A stretch of DNA of 64,000 nt from Macrostomum lignano (taxonomy: Eukaryota). The position numbers were made by a program, and so were the translations under genes. This document shows positions 13,605 through 26,430 of the stretch, one piece after another. Positions within the stretch are counted from its first letter, which is position 1; every line of letters begins with the position of its first letter. The notes below the pieces were generated by a model, which searched no databases, was not told the origin of the DNA, and worked only from the letters and a program-made list of their open reading frames with translations. Location: contig NIVC01002189.1 in NCBI GenBank assembly GCA_002269645.1, forward strand, positions 124,001 to 188,000, written 5' to 3'.

Positions 13605-14279
13605 CAGAGCAGAGAGAAACGAGAAGAGATAAGAGAGAAAATATAAAAGAAGAGAAAGGAGAGATGAAAGAGCGGACGAGAGAGAAGAGAGGTGAGGGAA
13701 GAGACGAGCGACGAGGGGAGAGAGAAGAGATAAAACAAGAAAAGAGATGAGAGGAAAGAGAGAGAGGAAAGAGGTGAGGGAAGAGACGAGAGAAGAGGGG
13801 AGAGAGGAGAGAGAGAGGAAAGAGTAGAGAGGAGAGATGAGAGAGTAGAGGAGAGAGTTAAGAGAAGAGAGAAAAGAATAGAGAGGAGAAGGAAGAGACG
13901 AGAGAAGAGAAGAGAGAGGAGAGAGAGAGGAAAGAGTAGAGAGGAGAGATGAGAGAGTAGAGGAGAGAGTTAAGAGAAGAGAGAAAAGAATAGAGAGGAG
14001 AAGGAAGAGACGAGAGAAGAGGGGGAGAGAAGAGAGAGGAGAGGAGAGAGAAAACGAAAGAGTAGAGAGGAGAGAGGAGAGGAGAGAGAAAAGAATAGGG
14101 AAGAGATGAGATAAGAGAGATGAAAGAGAAGAGAGATGAGGGAAGATACGAAAGAAGAGAGGAGAGACGAGAGACGAGGGATGAGAGAGAAGAAAGGAAA
14201 CAGAAGAGACGATAGAAATTTTAAAGGATCCAAGGGACATAGGGAGAGTCAGGGAGAGGCCAGATTTTGCCAATACATG
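12629..14279 (+). mobile_element. hAT/Charlie-like non-autonomous element with ~1.5-kb GA-rich core
   Basis: Left end caggaatgggcagacttttacttcaaaagccagata, right end ggccagattttgccaatacatg (degenerate TIR). Purine-rich low-complexity core with a perfect (GA)n at ~13527-13598. TSD not retained. Confidence 0.55.
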
Positions 14280-15152
14280 TTTTAGAGTCAGACAGACATT
14301 GCCTGGCATTCTGTGGAGTACCCTAGCATTCCAGCAAACAATATCAACGTTTGCCTCAAAACCTAATTTTACACAAATGTGCTCCATTTTATGTCTACCT
14401 CTATCCTACTAACTATTAATTTGTTTGTGTATGGCCTTAGATATCAGAATACATGCAAAAGTAGTTCCGGGGATTGGAATTCCCCGGGTTCAAAATCCGC
14501 GGGTTTCAACAGCTTGTTTTACACTAAAGCTATTTCAAGCGACGTCAAATCATTTTGTGAATACATTTAACACTAATATTCGCTAGCTATTTCTAAGAGA
14601 TAAAATATGTGTGTTATACTTCCTACTCTTAAAAATTCTAAGAATTTTTCCTTAGAACTGTGCGCATACTGTTTAAAGTAGTATGCATCCTCAAGTAGAA
14701 ATTATAGAATATTTTGCTACAATAACAATTTTGATGAGTTTAAGTTGGAATCATTTGCAATTAAACAAACAGCTGGAATCACTAGATATTAGGCAATAAT
14801 AATGATTGACTGCTCATCAGATTTTTTTTATGTACAACAGAACCAGTTAGTAGTGTAAAACAGTAGAGATTAAAAATTCTCTCCCAGCTACCTAAAAATG
14901 GGTCGAACTATGGCCATAAAGTACTGGTTACGTGAAATCAGAAGTAGAATTAGAAGAAGCATTACGCTATACAAGCTACACTCGGTTTTCTTATATTATG
15001 TTATTATCTATTATGATAATATTTGATATTATCTTATCAAAATATAAATTATATATACAGGTTTTAACACCGACACAAACTCACTGACTTCAAGAGAATA
15101 CAGAAAGTAGCCCCGGTCTCCAACTTTTTACTTCCCTAGTATTGAAGGCCCT

Positions 15153-15806
15153 GGTAACGTATATTTTTCGTATCGCTAGCGCATTTAGTATATGCTCTAG
15201 AGAACGCATTGCACTACACCATTTCACCCTCAATTTTGAACAAGGAGAACTTCGAAACTGACAAACTCCTCTTCAATATTGACACTCTATATGGTCGGGC
15301 ACTCAAAATCTACAATCAATATTGACAGATCAAGCTTCAATTTTGACAATGCACGTTTAGTCAACTTCTCCTAGAGAATTCGGTAACAAAGTAATCCAAT
15401 GAAAGCATGAACGGGGCTAAAGTGAGCTGTGCAAAATCAGCTTATTCTGACTTCGCTTTTGGGATCTACAAGTATTGATAAAAAATTTCTCCATCCTTTA
15501 CACACACAGAGACTAAAATAGCCTGGCTGGTTGGGCTGCAAAGTCCGGTTCTATTTTGACAGAGCTGCTTCAAAACTTGTGAAATATGAAGCGGACTTTT
15601 TGGGTACACAAACCATAGAGTGTCAGTTTCGAAGTTCTGAAGTTGCGATTTTGAACCCTCGTTCAAAATCGAGGGCAAAATGGTGTAGTGAACCTGCAGG
15701 GGGGTTTCGCCATAGACAAACTTGTTGAGAAAAGTCAGCACTGAAAAAATCCGAGAATTTTCGAGAGCATACACTACACACTAGCGATACGACAAATATA
15801 CGTTCC
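15153..15806. mobile_element. Foldback/MITE with long imperfect inverted ends
   Basis: aacgtatatttttcgtatcgctag versus ctagcgatacgacaaatatacgtt (1 mismatch in 24); inverted homology continues >100 bp inward. Confidence 0.7.
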
Positions 15807-15845
15807 TTCTAATTTACAACAAAACCGAGTGTAGCGTCCTTCACT

Positions 15846-16332
15846 TCAGTTGTTCAATGGATGGAAGACGTCGACCACTTGACTGCTGTCCCGCTGTGCC
15901 GGCAGCAACTCCCGTTCGCACTCACAACAGATGCCGATCAGGTTGCCAAGTCCCAGTAAATATCCCGTATCTGGTTGATTGTCCGGCACTGGAACTACGT
16001 GCGTGAAGTCAACCATGCAAACCAGCACATCCGGGTCACGTTGCGGACAGCTCTCGACGCCCAGTAGGATTGAACTGGCGTAGAAATGGTACATGCGTTG
16101 AGTCTCGAACCAGCGTTGAAGGCTCTCCAAGCCAGCTAGCAGCTGCTTGACTAAAAACACCCGATGCTGCGCTGGAGCCGTCGACAGCAGTGGCTGCAGC
16201 ACCGCGGTTTGCATGTTAGACGGCGTTACCTCACGACCGTAGCGTTTCCCGTGCAACTCATAACCGTGACACTCCTGACGCCACAAGCGCATTCCAGTGA
16301 CGAAAAAACCAGTCTGTTGCCGGTAGGCGTAC
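15846..16332 (-). CDS. IPMK: Inositol polyphosphate multikinase-like, last exon
   Basis: RYAYRQQTGFFVTGMRLW...YHFYASSILL...VCMVDFTH (SSLL and IDF-like motifs); AG acceptor at 16334-16333, phase 2, ends in a stop. Confidence 0.85.
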
Positions 16333-16512
16333 CTTGAGAAATGAGTTGAAATGAAATATCAACCCTGTGCTTGTGTATCGTTCGATTCGATCCCTGTGTT
16401 GTACACTGCTGGCTAAAATAATATGCATGTATGGAGCAGCAGAAAGTCACCGAATTTGGTCTCAAAAAGATGATCACCACTCGACTATAAAATTAATTTA
16501 GCATGGCCGCAC

Positions 16513-16909
16513 CTGTCCGGTCGTTCCTTCGTTTCGCCGCTGCAATCTGGCTCGTGTCGCCGGGCGCCCATCTTGATGTCAATTATGGACGGTCGAGCGA
16601 ATCCGTCCAGCAAGTCGCTCAGACGGATGTACAGCTTACCAGTTACCGGATGCTGGTGCACACCCAGAAAGCTCGACAGGAAGCAGCGCAGGGCCGACAG
16701 TTGCTGCACCTGATGCCGTTGCTGCGGGTCGAATGGAGGCTCATCCTTCCGCAAGCCAAACACGGCCTCGTAGAAGTTCACCTCTCTCGGCCCTTCGGCG
16801 CCTCCTGGACTGGTTTATAGACGCAGCGCTCGCTCGGCGAGTACAGAACTGCGGATTTGTAGTTGGTGTAGCCCGTTAAGAATAATATTCGCAGGAGGGC
16901 TGCGGGCAT
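16513..16909 (-). CDS. IPMK: IPMK-like, first coding exon (1-nt frameshift near 16790; start codon uncertain)
   Basis: YKPVQEAPKG[fs]REVNFYE...LSDLLDGFARPSIIDIKMG (PxxxDxKxG motif); GT donor at 16512. Confidence 0.75.
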
Positions 16910-18127
16910 CCTGGCGCAGCGCCTTCGGCGACATCATTCTACAACCAGCGCTGAGGCAGCTCAGCCCATGCCGCTGACTCCTGAGCGCATTCAAGTGCGC
17001 CAATACTGTACACATGCACACGCCCCAGACAGGTACAGGGTGTACAGCGAACATGAGTATCTAATCGTCAGGCATGTACACTCTGTGCCATGAGGTTTGA
17101 CCCTCATAGGTGTTAATCGTACGACACACCCCCGGGGCCGATTTTCGTGCACCAGCCCCAAATTAATGTGGCCGGCCGCGCAAGGAATCGAAGCAGGGGA
17201 GCTGAGCCGCGAGGGTCAAACTCGTTTGCCACTGAGCTGCCCTGACCCCCCCCCCCAGAGTAAGCACATTTCCGTGTTACTGCAATAGTACCCTATAGTT
17301 ATTACTTCGTAAAAACTACGAGTTCATGAGAGATGTTTTCTTTACAGGTACTGGCTAGAGAAGAGTCTAAGACTAGACGGAAATAATTAGCGGCCAATTT
17401 AAGTAAATTTGCAGTGTAAATTTGTTCCTCGTAACCTACACTAGAATTGGATTGCTCCGATGAGCCGATAAAAAATAATGTTAAGGGCTAGCTCTTGGTT
17501 TTTAAAGCATGTCAGTCCGGAAACAGAGTCGAATGCTTGAAGTTTAGACGTTGCCAGTTTAGCAATTCATATTGTTGCACATAGCGTTTTGTTTAAACTT
17601 GTTGCACAAACAACTTTAAAAGCCTCCTACAAGTGTTTCTGCTCAGACTTGCTTTTGTCAATAAACTTGCATGTATTTCACATGTTTGTTAGCAGTCAGA
17701 GAGCAAGTTTTGTTTAACTTCCTAGTGGGTCTGGAAATTCGAAATAAATCTTGTAGTTGCCTTAATTGCTGGCTATCAGAACGGGGATCGTAATCCCTTT
17801 CTCTGCGATAAAAAATACTGCTCATAGATAATGTGCGGGATATGTTCGTGCCTTTTAAAAGCTATTAGAAAGAGATTTGGTTTGGATTGAAGGCTAAAGA
17901 TAGAAAAACGTCGAGAGTTTTTTTTGCAAAAATCTGACCCTGCTAAAGAGATACTGTAGACTAGTGCTTAAAATATCAACAAACTTGAAATTTGCAGCAA
18001 GCGAGAAAGTCAAAACACACTGTAGAATAACTAACCTTTGTGTGTCTGCGCTGCGATCTGTCTTAATACAAATAACAGCGCATGTGAGCCACTGTACTGT
18101 TAAACAGCTGAATTACGCAGTTTTTAA

Positions 18128-18330
18128 GGGTGATTTCACAACCGCTAAAAGCATTTGCTTTCATAAACGACAGTCTTTTTAGCGGTTGTGAAGTTTCGCG
18201 GTTGTGAAGTTTCGCGGTTGTGAAGTTTCGCCGTTGTGAAAGTAGATGACATTTAGCGGTTGTGAAGTTTCGCGTTTGTGAAAGTAGGTGATTTAGCGGT
18301 TGTGAAATTTTGCGTTTGTGAAAGCAACCC
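18128..18330. mobile_element. 203-bp MITE with GG-starting TIR and 8-bp TSD (Merlin-like?)
   Basis: gggtgatttcacaa versus ttgtgaaagcaaccc; perfect TSD GTTTTTAA (18120-18127, 18331-18338); internal 16-bp repeats gcggttgtgaagtttc. Confidence 0.7.
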
Positions 18331-18344
18331 GTTTTTAAGTGGCA

Positions 18345-19064
18345 TTATCTTCCAGTTCTTACATTGCCGAGGGTTGTGTCATAAGTTCGCGGATAAAACA
18401 GACTGCAGTAGAAGAAAGCATTGTAAAACTCGGCGTCGCACTTCTTCATACAGTTGCTGCGCACAATTGTGTCATCGTCTCTCTGACAGCTTGCTGAAAT
18501 CGTCAGCAGAGAATTCTGTGAGGCCCTTTCTACCCACTGGTTAACTCTGCTTAACTCAATGCAGACTACAAGCGTATATTGCTGGCAGCCCAGGGCCGGC
18601 AAAATAGGGTAGGTAACCATCTAATTAAATCCCAAGTGTCTGATGGCGTTCACAGTTTCACAACTAGGTGTCAGCATCCAATTGTCAGCAGTTTTGCATG
18701 GAATCCAGCTAGTAACGAAGCGTGTCATCCACGAAAATTATGTGGTGAACGCAATAAAGACTCAACCCAAGGATGTCCCAATCGAGCTGTCGAAACGTCA
18801 CTCGTCGAGCTGCATTCATCACCTGCTGCACACCATGCACCTTTGTTTCTGTCGTTGCAGATCGAGAAATTGAGAAGCACCAAAACGCACAGCATCTTTC
18901 ATGGTTTCCCAGCAGTCTTTCAAACGCTGCATCATCAAATTGAACTGCGTTTTGTGCTGCCTGCATTTGCCAGCGAGCTTTGACATAAACCTCGTACATG
19001 TCACCTTCATATGACCTCTTTCGCTATTAAATTCCGCCCTGCTACACGAGAAGGGAATAAGCAT
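18345..19064 (-). pseudogene. Fragmented protein-like reading frames, possibly GT25-like glycosyltransferase remnant
   Basis: Overlapping short ORFs with W..QNAVQFDDAAF and QLDWDILGLSLYC, loosely like the GT25 LEDD and WDLLYLG motifs; no consistent splicing found. Confidence 0.2.
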
Positions 19065-21173
19065 TGTTCATATAGAAATGTCTGTTCATAGCAGAGGGAC
19101 ATAGCGATAAAAATCCGCGGTCTCTGCATTCGGACTGAGGTATGGAGTGTGCCACTTTGCCTGCACTCATTAATGTACAGCCGCAGGCGCTCAGGCGAGC
19201 AAAATGGTCAGAAAGTTAGATAAGTAGAGAAGAAAATGGATGCTATTTTTATTAGCCATGGTCACTGCAAACAAAACGAAAGTTCACGACAATGTGAAAA
19301 TTGCGCAGCCAAGTCTAGATGTACTTCGCATTTGCTTACATTGACCGAGCGGATCGTCTCCTGAAAAAAGAATTGTTTGTTGGATTCTTTAATAACTGAT
19401 TGTGTCTGTTGCCTAAATTGTGTCAATGTGGTCTATTGAGAAATTTAAACCCCTGTGATCATGTGAAACAATACATACCGATTTTATGTGGTAGCAGATT
19501 GCCATAACCCGTGATTTGATGCTCGTAATTGCATACGTCTGAAGGCAAATGAGGATGTTCTGTTGAAGAGAGATCAGACATATCTATCTCTTTTTTTAGT
19601 TTCATCTGGAAGTGATCGAATTATAAGGATTGATTCAGAATAGTTAATTGTGGAGAAGGTGCAAAAAATCAAAATATGTAAACATCTGCAGTATATGAAC
19701 CATGCATCAGAATAGAAAAAGTGTATATCAGACATAATCATAAGCTAGTTAACACAAGCTCTTGCTAAATTTACCGCCAATAGTATATTGAAAATATACT
19801 TCAATACTCGGAATGCAAAAAACCTATTTGTACACTCAATATTTATACAAGGCAGAATTTTTTAATAAAAGAACATAGCTAGTAACTATAATCAAAGCTA
19901 ATTGGTGTGAATTTTTTAAAAAGCTTTTAATGAGTGTCGAAAAGTCATTTGCGCAATTGAATAACTCAAGAGAGAATCAAATATGAGTTTGATTAAAGAA
20001 TTCAAAACTGCAAAACTATTAAAAATTGTACATTACTAAAAGAAGATATAACTGTTTTTTCGTTATTTTTGCACGGAAACTGTCTGTGTGAAAACGTATG
20101 TGATTGTGTCGGTTGTAAAGTATGCTTTAAAATATTAAATTAAAAGGTCTGAATTAACAACTCTAAAGAAATCGATTCAAAAATTTTAAGACAAGACTAA
20201 TGTATGACTTACCTAGACGACACAAATGGGCCTTAGTGATGATAAAATATAAAATGTTTGTATAAAATGTTAAACAAAGTTTTCGTACAAATATCGTTCT
20301 TCAACGAACCTTGACATTACACTTTTCCTTAGTACTCGTAAAAATTCTCGCAATAGACAAAATTTTATTTTTTATGTTTTACTAATTAAAAAATTCATTT
20401 TTATTCTTCTACTAGGTCAATAGCAAAAAAACGATCTATTTTGTTTAAATTTGTTTTATTTTTTTAAAACACTGCTTAAAGCAGTTCTTGAAACAACGCG
20501 CGCGCGTTACGGGACGGTTTAGGCAGTTCAATGTTTGCAGCGTCGTAGTGGTGGCTAGTAGTTGAAGTCTTACAGGTACATACACTGCTAATTAGAACTA
20601 TATTTCCTGAAGCTACTGTGATACTTCAGAGTTGCCGACGATGGCATTGATTAATTCGGATGACGGCTTACAGTGTTTTTTAATATTTTATAGCACCAAA
20701 CCCAAGAACGTGGTGACCAAAAAATCTCTAAGTACTTTATCACCGTTACGAATTTAAACATAAATCGTCCGCAATTGCATGCAATAAAACAATAGTCGAT
20801 AATCATTATGATGCAGTATAACAATAAAGGAAACATAAATATGTAAATTATGTACAATTACTTCTGAGTTCAAACTCAATATAGCAAATTACACGTGAAA
20901 TCTACAGTAAAAAAACAGGCGTATTGGAATATACTTGAAGAATGTAAAGGGAAAAATTTTTTATAGGAAAGGGGATAGAAAGATTTAGCGGTTTTAGAGA
21001 ACGAAAAATTTTATTTTTGTTTCAAAAAATGTTCCAACTGAAAAAGAGATATTCCTTTCAACGTATTCTCGACAAAATGATACTTTCTTGTATCAGTAAA
21101 TCTTTGTATCCGTATCTTTGTTTTCCGTCGCCGCTAAATGAAGGCGCTTAGATAACACTATAAGCTTAGAAGC

Positions 21174-21560
21174 GGCGATCTCTCTCTATTCGCACGTGAA
21201 TGCATGGAAACGTAAATCAGTTGGAGGTAGAGAAAAATGTGATGGAAAAATTTCATTGGCTGCATAGTTGCCATGGCTCATCAAAAAACATAGACTTCAG
21301 TTGGGTCTGAGATAATAGTGTATTGTACTGAAGTTGGCGATCAATGAGCAGGGTTAGTCATCATTCCGCCCACCCATCTCCAGATCCCAAGCTAGCGTTC
21401 ATGTACTCAGTTCTGTCTGTCTCTTACCTAGTGGAGTACTCAGAATCGCCCTAAGCTCTGTAGGAATAGATATAACCCGCGTAACTGTTTGAGAATTGAA
21501 ATTTGAAAAGTTGCTAGGTAAGCAGTGGGGGTAGAACTTGGGGAGAAAAGGTAGAAAAGT
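21174..21560 (+). repeat. Dispersed repeat, homologous to 40663-41040
   Basis: Collinear blocks ggcgatctctctct, attgtactgaagtt, tcattccgcccaccca, cccaagctag, ctcagaatcgccctaagctc. Confidence 0.7.
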
Positions 21561-22552
21561 TCTACCATCCCAATTCTCAAGGTCGATGCCTTGTCTGCAT
21601 GGGCAGAGAACTGCGATCATGCTGCCCACCCTGACCCCAGGCCGCCTCCTCCCTTCCGTACTGAGACGGGACTCAATCATGCAAATCCCGTACGCATTTA
21701 GGATGGACAGAAAAGGAGAGAAAGTGGGGGCAGCAGAGGAGGGAAGCAATTGCTATCCCCCTTATCCGCCAAAAGCAGGCATTCTGCCGAGGCTGCAGGC
21801 TGAACTGCATGCGTGCATCGCCCGTGCGGCCAGCTGAAGGGATGGGCGATGGACGAACCGGGGGGGGGGGGCGATGTGCACGTGGCCGCTTCTCTGTCCA
21901 ATGCGTCTTGAAGGGAGTTGACAAGCTACATACACAGCAGCATTCCTCAAGCCTAGCTCTAGCTCTCAAGTCTTTCAATCGGTCATGGAAATGTTCTAAC
22001 GTCTACCTAGATCGGCATTATTCGTACGTTGCACCTCGAATTAATTTTCAACCTGTAAGTATAGTTAACGTTCTTTCCTAATATTGTGGGACCTGCGTAT
22101 ATCTTTATTTTTCAAGATTAAATATTGAGTTCTTCGCATTCAAATTCTACAATATAGCAGTCTCCTGCTCAGAACGAACCCTTTTTCTATGCTTCTGCCA
22201 ACATTAGAGTGTGCTCAGTCAACACTATCCCCTGCATGCTTGAGCACACATTTCGTGAGCCCAATGTAGAACAGCTGGGTCGCCAGTAATGCGTTTACGA
22301 GCGAGATTTTTCCTGCATAATAGTTATTGGAAACGCGAGACTCTCTTAACTCTTAGTATTCGAGTGGCAAAAAACATTTCCTACTTCCAGTGCAGCTGTG
22401 AGGCAGCTCACATTACGAATGTCCCGAGAAACAACTCTGCACTCACTCACTATTTGCTGAAATTCAATGTACAGCCTTAATGTATATTTGGGAGCTCAGC
22501 TCGAGAAACTGAAAGCTGAGCAGTTATATGCACAACAGAGGGAACTATGCTC

Positions 22553-22677
22553 AGCAACAGTCAAAAGTTCCACCTGTACAAATCACGCGGAGTTATAGAG
22601 AAAACTTCTCATTTATAACGCACAGTAAAAGGTGAATAAAAATATCTTTGCTTGGTGGGTGGAACTTTTTACTGTTG
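22553..22677. mobile_element. Small MITE-like inverted repeat
   Basis: caacagtcaaaagttccacc versus ggtggaactttttactgttg (1 mismatch in 20). Confidence 0.45.
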
Positions 22678-23039
22678 TTGGGTATAGGTATACAGTGCAT
22701 ATAGAGAAGCCGAACTAAGCTTTCTAAAATTATTTCAGCTCAAACAGGTCTAAAAATCTTTCTTTTGAAGGTGTGTTAAGAGCCATGCTAGCTAGTACGA
22801 GGTGTCACAGCAGTCCCAACAGTGTCACAGCAGTGTCACAACAGTGCCACAACAGCTACTATCAATCAGATGAAGCATAGACGCAGAAACGGATGTAGAG
22901 TATGTTATGCTTGATCACACGGCTTTTACTTCGGGTGTGTCATAAGTAATGTCAATGTGAAAACAGACGACCTTGCAATCGCAGATGAACAAAACTGTAT
23001 CACTCAGCAACATAAGAGTCCCCCAATATCAATCACCCA

Positions 23040-23679
23040 GTGCTCATACAGCTTCACCTCAGCCTGCAGGTGTTTTTCCTCCAGCTGCCGGAACCAGTAG
23101 TGCAACGCGGCCTGTTTGACCTTTTCATGGTTTGCAAAACTCCTCTCGGAAAAGTCAGTCTTGAGCTATTTGAACAGAAATCTGTCGCACAAGTTGAAGT
23201 CCGGGCTGTAGGGACTCTGCCAGAGCAGATTCACTCGCCGTGCAGCCAGAAAATCCGAAACAGCCTTACAGGTGTGCGGCCGTGTGGTGTCCATCTGCAA
23301 CAGCACCTCGTCCAGGTGAATTGGGTTTGACCGGAGAGAGCGCCAGAGGTCTCCAGTGTGCCGGACAAAGTCGATAAAATACTGACCTTCGACATTGGTG
23401 TTCAGTGGAGTTGTGCAGATGGAGACTCGTTTGTTTGGAGTGAAGGCCACCAGCAGCATGGTATTCTTGTCCCGACTTCCTGGTCACTGTCGCCTTGGAG
23501 TCCCCAGCTCCCAGCCAGCAGCAATTGTCTGCCTTGCTGCCCTTGCCCTCCAGGTGAAGCCAGGTATTTTCTTCAACAACCAGGCAGTTTAGAATGTCAT
23601 CCAAGCCCCGGCTGCTGAACACCTTGTGGATCTGCCTGGCGCAGGCGTCTTGTCGAGATTCATTGTGATTTGTGTTCAT
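23040..23679 (-). pseudogene. Mariner transposase catalytic domain, frameshifted
   Basis: QMDTTRPH...WQSPYSPDFNLCDRFLF with 34 residues between the two Asp; first Asp region degenerate (VVEENTW). Confidence 0.85.
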
Positions 23680-24055
23680 TGTTTAGCAATTTGACGATCA
23701 TTATTCACATTTTTAATGCAGAACAATCCATTACTACAGACAATGCATTGTCTGTAGGATCGTCAAATAGAAAAACAATGCAAAGAATCAGCGGTCGCAG
23801 CACGTGACAACGATTTGTCTATGGCTCGCGCCTACCGGCGCTCGCCAGACAATCGTTGTCACGCACTGGGACCGCTGATTATTTATCCATTGCATAGACG
23901 ATTTTTCTCGCGTTGCACTTGCTAAATCTGCTCAACGAATTCTTGCGGTAGGCTGGGCCATAAACATCCTATGCACGTCTCAAATGTACTGGTATTGCTT
24001 TACTAAGTATACTTTGCAACTGAACTACCCACAAGTGCATATGCCTACATACTTC

Positions 24056-24367
24056 GGCATTCCTTCGGTTTACGATCATTGAAATTAGTGAGGATCCCCA
24101 TTGGAGAGATAGGGAAGAAACAAAACTGTTGTTTATTTCATCAAAATGCAAAAAAAGTAGACAAGCACTCCAATCCTTTTTATTTATCCATCATAACACT
24201 AGCTGCATGTTCAAATGAAAAAAGAAGGTAAAGGGGTTATAGTGATCCATTTCACAGTTCCAAGAATCCAAAGATGATCCTATATATCCACTTCGGTTTA
24301 CGATCATTTAAATGGAAGAGATACATGAAATGTGGGTGGAAAAATGATCGTAAACCGAAGGAATGCC
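24056..24367. mobile_element. MITE nested in the mariner
   Basis: 25-bp TIR GGCATTCCTTCGGTTTACGATCATT; 8-bp TSD catacttc/catacttt. Confidence 0.75.
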
Positions 24368-24659
24368 CATACTTTTGACACAGGCATGCAGTGACATTAC
24401 TTATGACACACCCGAAGTAGCAACAGTCTAGTTATTAACAGCGACAATAGACATCAAGGATATGATTTTATACTCGGTAATGGCTACCCCTCTCTAACTC
24501 AAATTGACACGGTGCACAAAAGTTAAAGCAACGCCATTGGTGATTCAGCTGTCAAGTGAGTTCATTAAGCGGCACTAAGCGGTTGGTGATCAAGATGTCA
24601 CGAGTGAAAGCATTGTCGTGCATGGTTCCTTCGTATCCATAGATAGAGTTTAGTGGAGT

Positions 24660-25613
24660 GCTTCAGGGAGATACGCTGGCGCCGTTCCTGTTCGTCCTGG
24701 TGCTTGACTGGGTGCTGCGGACTGCTCTTCCTACCGACGACGACGGCTTTCTGCTGCGGCGACGCGTGGGTCGACGTCAACCGGAGAAGCGGCTCAGCGT
24801 GCTTGGCTACGCCGACGACCTCGCCCTGCTGTCCTCGACCGTCGAGGGCGCCCAACGGCAGCTGGACAGGCTAGTTGCCGTTGCGGCGAGCGTCGGCCTG
24901 GTGGTCAACACGCAGAAGACCGTTGTGCTCTGCGTGCCGGACGACATCGAGGCTGCAATATTCTGCCGAGGCGCTAACGGGCAGGCGACCGAGCTCCCGC
25001 AATGTCAGCAGTTCGTCTACCTCGGCGGTCTGGTTCCAGACGCTCGCGAGGACCTGCGACGCCGCCGCGGGCTTGCCTGGGCTGCCTTTCGTTTTGTGAG
25101 GGCAGTCCTACAGTCTGAGGCCCTACCGGACCGCCAGAGGGCGGCGCTGTTCCAGGCGGTAATCGAGACCATCCTGCTCTACAACGCCGAGACCTGGACG
25201 CTGACGGACTCACTCGAACAGCAAGTCGATGCGGCGCACGCTGGCCTGCTGCGCGCCGCCTTCAACATCGGCGTCGAGCGAGTCAACCACGCGGTACTCT
25301 ATCGCCGCGCTGGCCTGCCACGCCCAAGCGATCTACTGCGCCGTCGGCGACTCTAGCTCGCAGGCCATCTCACCGCGCCGAGTCCTACTACCCACAGCCG
25401 GTGCAGGAGGTGCTGCTGCTCACGCTGCAGGCACCCTACCGGCGAGGTAAAGCGCAAACTCGGCGTTACGTCGACTGTCTGCTGGCTGACGCCGGCGCCC
25501 CGGACACTGCCGGTGGCGCGGCCTTTGTTCGCGCCCAAGCCATGAAGCGCGCCCTGTGACGCTGACTTTTGCCATCCTGACAGCATATTTTGTTGTTGTT
25601 GTTGTTGTTGTTG
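24660..25613 (+). mobile_element. 5'-truncated RTE-clade LINE (RT domain fragment)
   Basis: LQGDTLAPFLF...YADDLAL...FVYLG; (TTG)n tail; 10-bp TSD TTAGTGGAGT (24650-24659, 25614-25623). Confidence 0.9.
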
Positions 25614-25912
25614 TTAGTGGAGTATATCTGATTGCAATTTAATTTCATGTTGTTGTTCTTGAGGGAATTTTGTTAAACAAGAGGAATGGTAGGGACTGTT
25701 AAAACTTTTTAAACACGACGTTGAAAGTGCCTTCGAGTAGTTCAGTGGGAGCACCTAGCGTCAAGATGCACTCAGCATCATGTTAAAGCTCCCCCCGCCC
25801 CCCGAGACCAGTGGTCAACTTTTCCCAGATCTCAGCGCCTAGTGACGCAATTCACAAGCCATTTTTTACCACTCGTTTCCGGGTGGAAACTTCAGCATGT
25901 TGCTGCGTATGT

Positions 25913-26223
25913 ATAGGCTTTTTCCGGTCAAGTATCAAACAGGCACCTCAAAGGTGCAAATAACTCAGTTCAAGTGGCAACAGCCCAAATCAAGTTGCAG
26001 ATTGTTAATTCAGAGTTTTCAAAAGACAAAGTCAAGTGCATCATAGTCATTTCAAGTAGCAGACTCATTCGATTTTGTGTATTTCACTTCTGCCACGGTA
26101 TAACGAACGCAAGAGGCGAATCGGTCCCCATAAAATTTGCAGATAAACTGAATTTGGTGTACTTGAGATTGCCATGTTGAACTTGAGTTGGATATTGTGC
26201 TACTTGTCCAGAAAAAACCTATG
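25913..26223. mobile_element. MITE-like element; left-end homologues at 34757 and 47707
   Basis: ataggctttttccggtcaagta versus tacttgtccagaaaaaacctat. Confidence 0.5.
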
Positions 26224-26430
26224 GTCGGATGGCCGCATTAACTCTGGGTTCGCGCACTAAAATTGATCCCTGACTCATCGTGAAAATGACGCTCAATGGG
26301 GGACTAACACCAAGGGCACAAAGTTTAATGTACAATGCCTGACGATGAAAGAGTCAGGGCCTCTGTACACTAAACCATGTGTGAGTGCGTGCCTGTGTAA
26401 TTATCAATATGTGTGCTGTGCCCCCCTTTA

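Larger units (their letters stand above)
22929..24417 (-). mobile_element. Tc1/mariner (DD34D) transposon, defective, 1489 bp
   Basis: Perfect 26-bp TIR CTTCGGGTGTGTCATAAGTAATGTCA, TA on both flanks, internal transposase remnant. Confidence 0.9.

Noticed and set aside
12651-14387. 578-aa Ser/Leu-rich ORF (also 7022-7330, 61598-61909)
   Set aside because: CT-rich low-complexity strand that lacks stops by composition; no domain.
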